64,000 nucleotides of DNA, taken from Azolla caroliniana (lineage: Eukaryota; Plantae; Polypodiophyta). A program made the translations under genes and the position numbers. Location: assembly GCA_043228905.1 (NCBI GenBank), contig JBHGNT010000012.1, forward strand, positions 20,956,001 to 21,020,000, written 5' to 3'. Shown in pieces: positions 63,340 to 64,000 of the stretch (its first letter is position 1; each line of letters opens with the position of its first letter). The notes below the pieces were generated by a model, which saw nothing but the letters and a program-made list of their open reading frames with translations, had not been told where the DNA came from and ran no database searches.

Positions 63340-64000
63340 GGGGGGCACCTTAAGGAATGGATAGTAGAGAAGCTGAGACGTTCTCCATCTCTTACGAGGA
63401 TCCCTCTGGAAACACTTGTCCAAGAAAAATCTTTGCCTTCTTCAGAGAGATCTTCAGGTAGGGGAGGATTCTCATCAGAGCATGCAATCTTCGATATTAC
63501 AGAGATGAAAGACAGCGACAAGTTCGCCCAAGGTGGGCATCCCTGGAACATCTCCACCACGGTGCATCCAAGAGACCAGATATCCGAGGGAAACTTTGTT
63601 CAATGCCTTGCAATGCCTCTGGAGCCATCCAAAACTGTGTCCCTTTGAAACCATCTGAAGAAATGGAGGTTCAACGTGCGTCTACTTTGCTGGGTAGCAT
63701 GGAATCAATGTCGACAGCATTCAACAACTTTCTCGTTAAACCAAAATCTGCAATCTTCACCGAGGAAGAACCGATCAAAATGTTCTGTCCTTTAATGTCG
63801 CAGTGGAAGATCTCCTGAGCATGGAGGTACGTTAAACCCTCCACAACATCTTTGGTGAACCTCCGTACCTACACCTCCTCAAGGTGTCTGCACATCTCTT
63901 GGGTAGGTCAGAAACACTTCCTCCCTCCATGTACTCTAAGAAGAGGTTAAGGGACGCAAGGTCACTCCTATCGTAGGAGGTGTCATCTCCCAGATACGAG
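63340..64000 (-). pseudogene. Intronless MAP kinase kinase kinase (NPK1/MAPKKK17-18-like) pseudogene; 5' part beyond the right edge
   Basis: LNLFLEYMEGGSVSD, LTYLHAQEIFHCDIKGQNILI, VKIADFG, GTQFWMAPE, SDIWSLGCTVVEM, LSEEGKDF.LDKCFQRDPRKRW. In-frame TAG (~63870) and TGA (~63672); frameshifts near 63887, 63590 and 63428. Confidence 0.9.

Overview
Eukaryotic (land-plant) nuclear DNA, AT-rich, with many spliceosomal introns filled with retroelements. The style suggests a non-seed vascular plant such as a fern, which is inference only. Left end: a degenerate Ty1/copia LTR retrotransposon (minus strand) inserted into an older LINE. Four intact-looking spliced genes follow. CNX1 (molybdenum-cofactor protein, E+G domains, 13 exons, minus strand) lies head-to-head with APC1 (anaphase-promoting complex subunit 1, about 37 exons, plus strand). 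Next come a BPA1-like RRM gene and a hot-dog-fold acyl-CoA thioesterase ending in the peroxisomal signal SKL. A MAPKKK pseudogene runs off the right end. I found no prokaryotic-type system and cannot claim a wholly new biological system. The best leads are: (i) CNX1 appears to have Ser in place of the conserved Arg of the RPE(F/Y)HR motif of the Mo-insertase domain; (ii) an APE-RT-CCHC LINE family whose hairpin-forming, (TTTC)n-ended 3' tail occurs at least 10 times, often head-to-tail, and once forms the polypyrimidine tract of a GC-AG intron; (iii) two retroelements with clean in-frame deletions of catalytic cores. Gene models were built by eye and family names rely on recalled motifs, not database searches.
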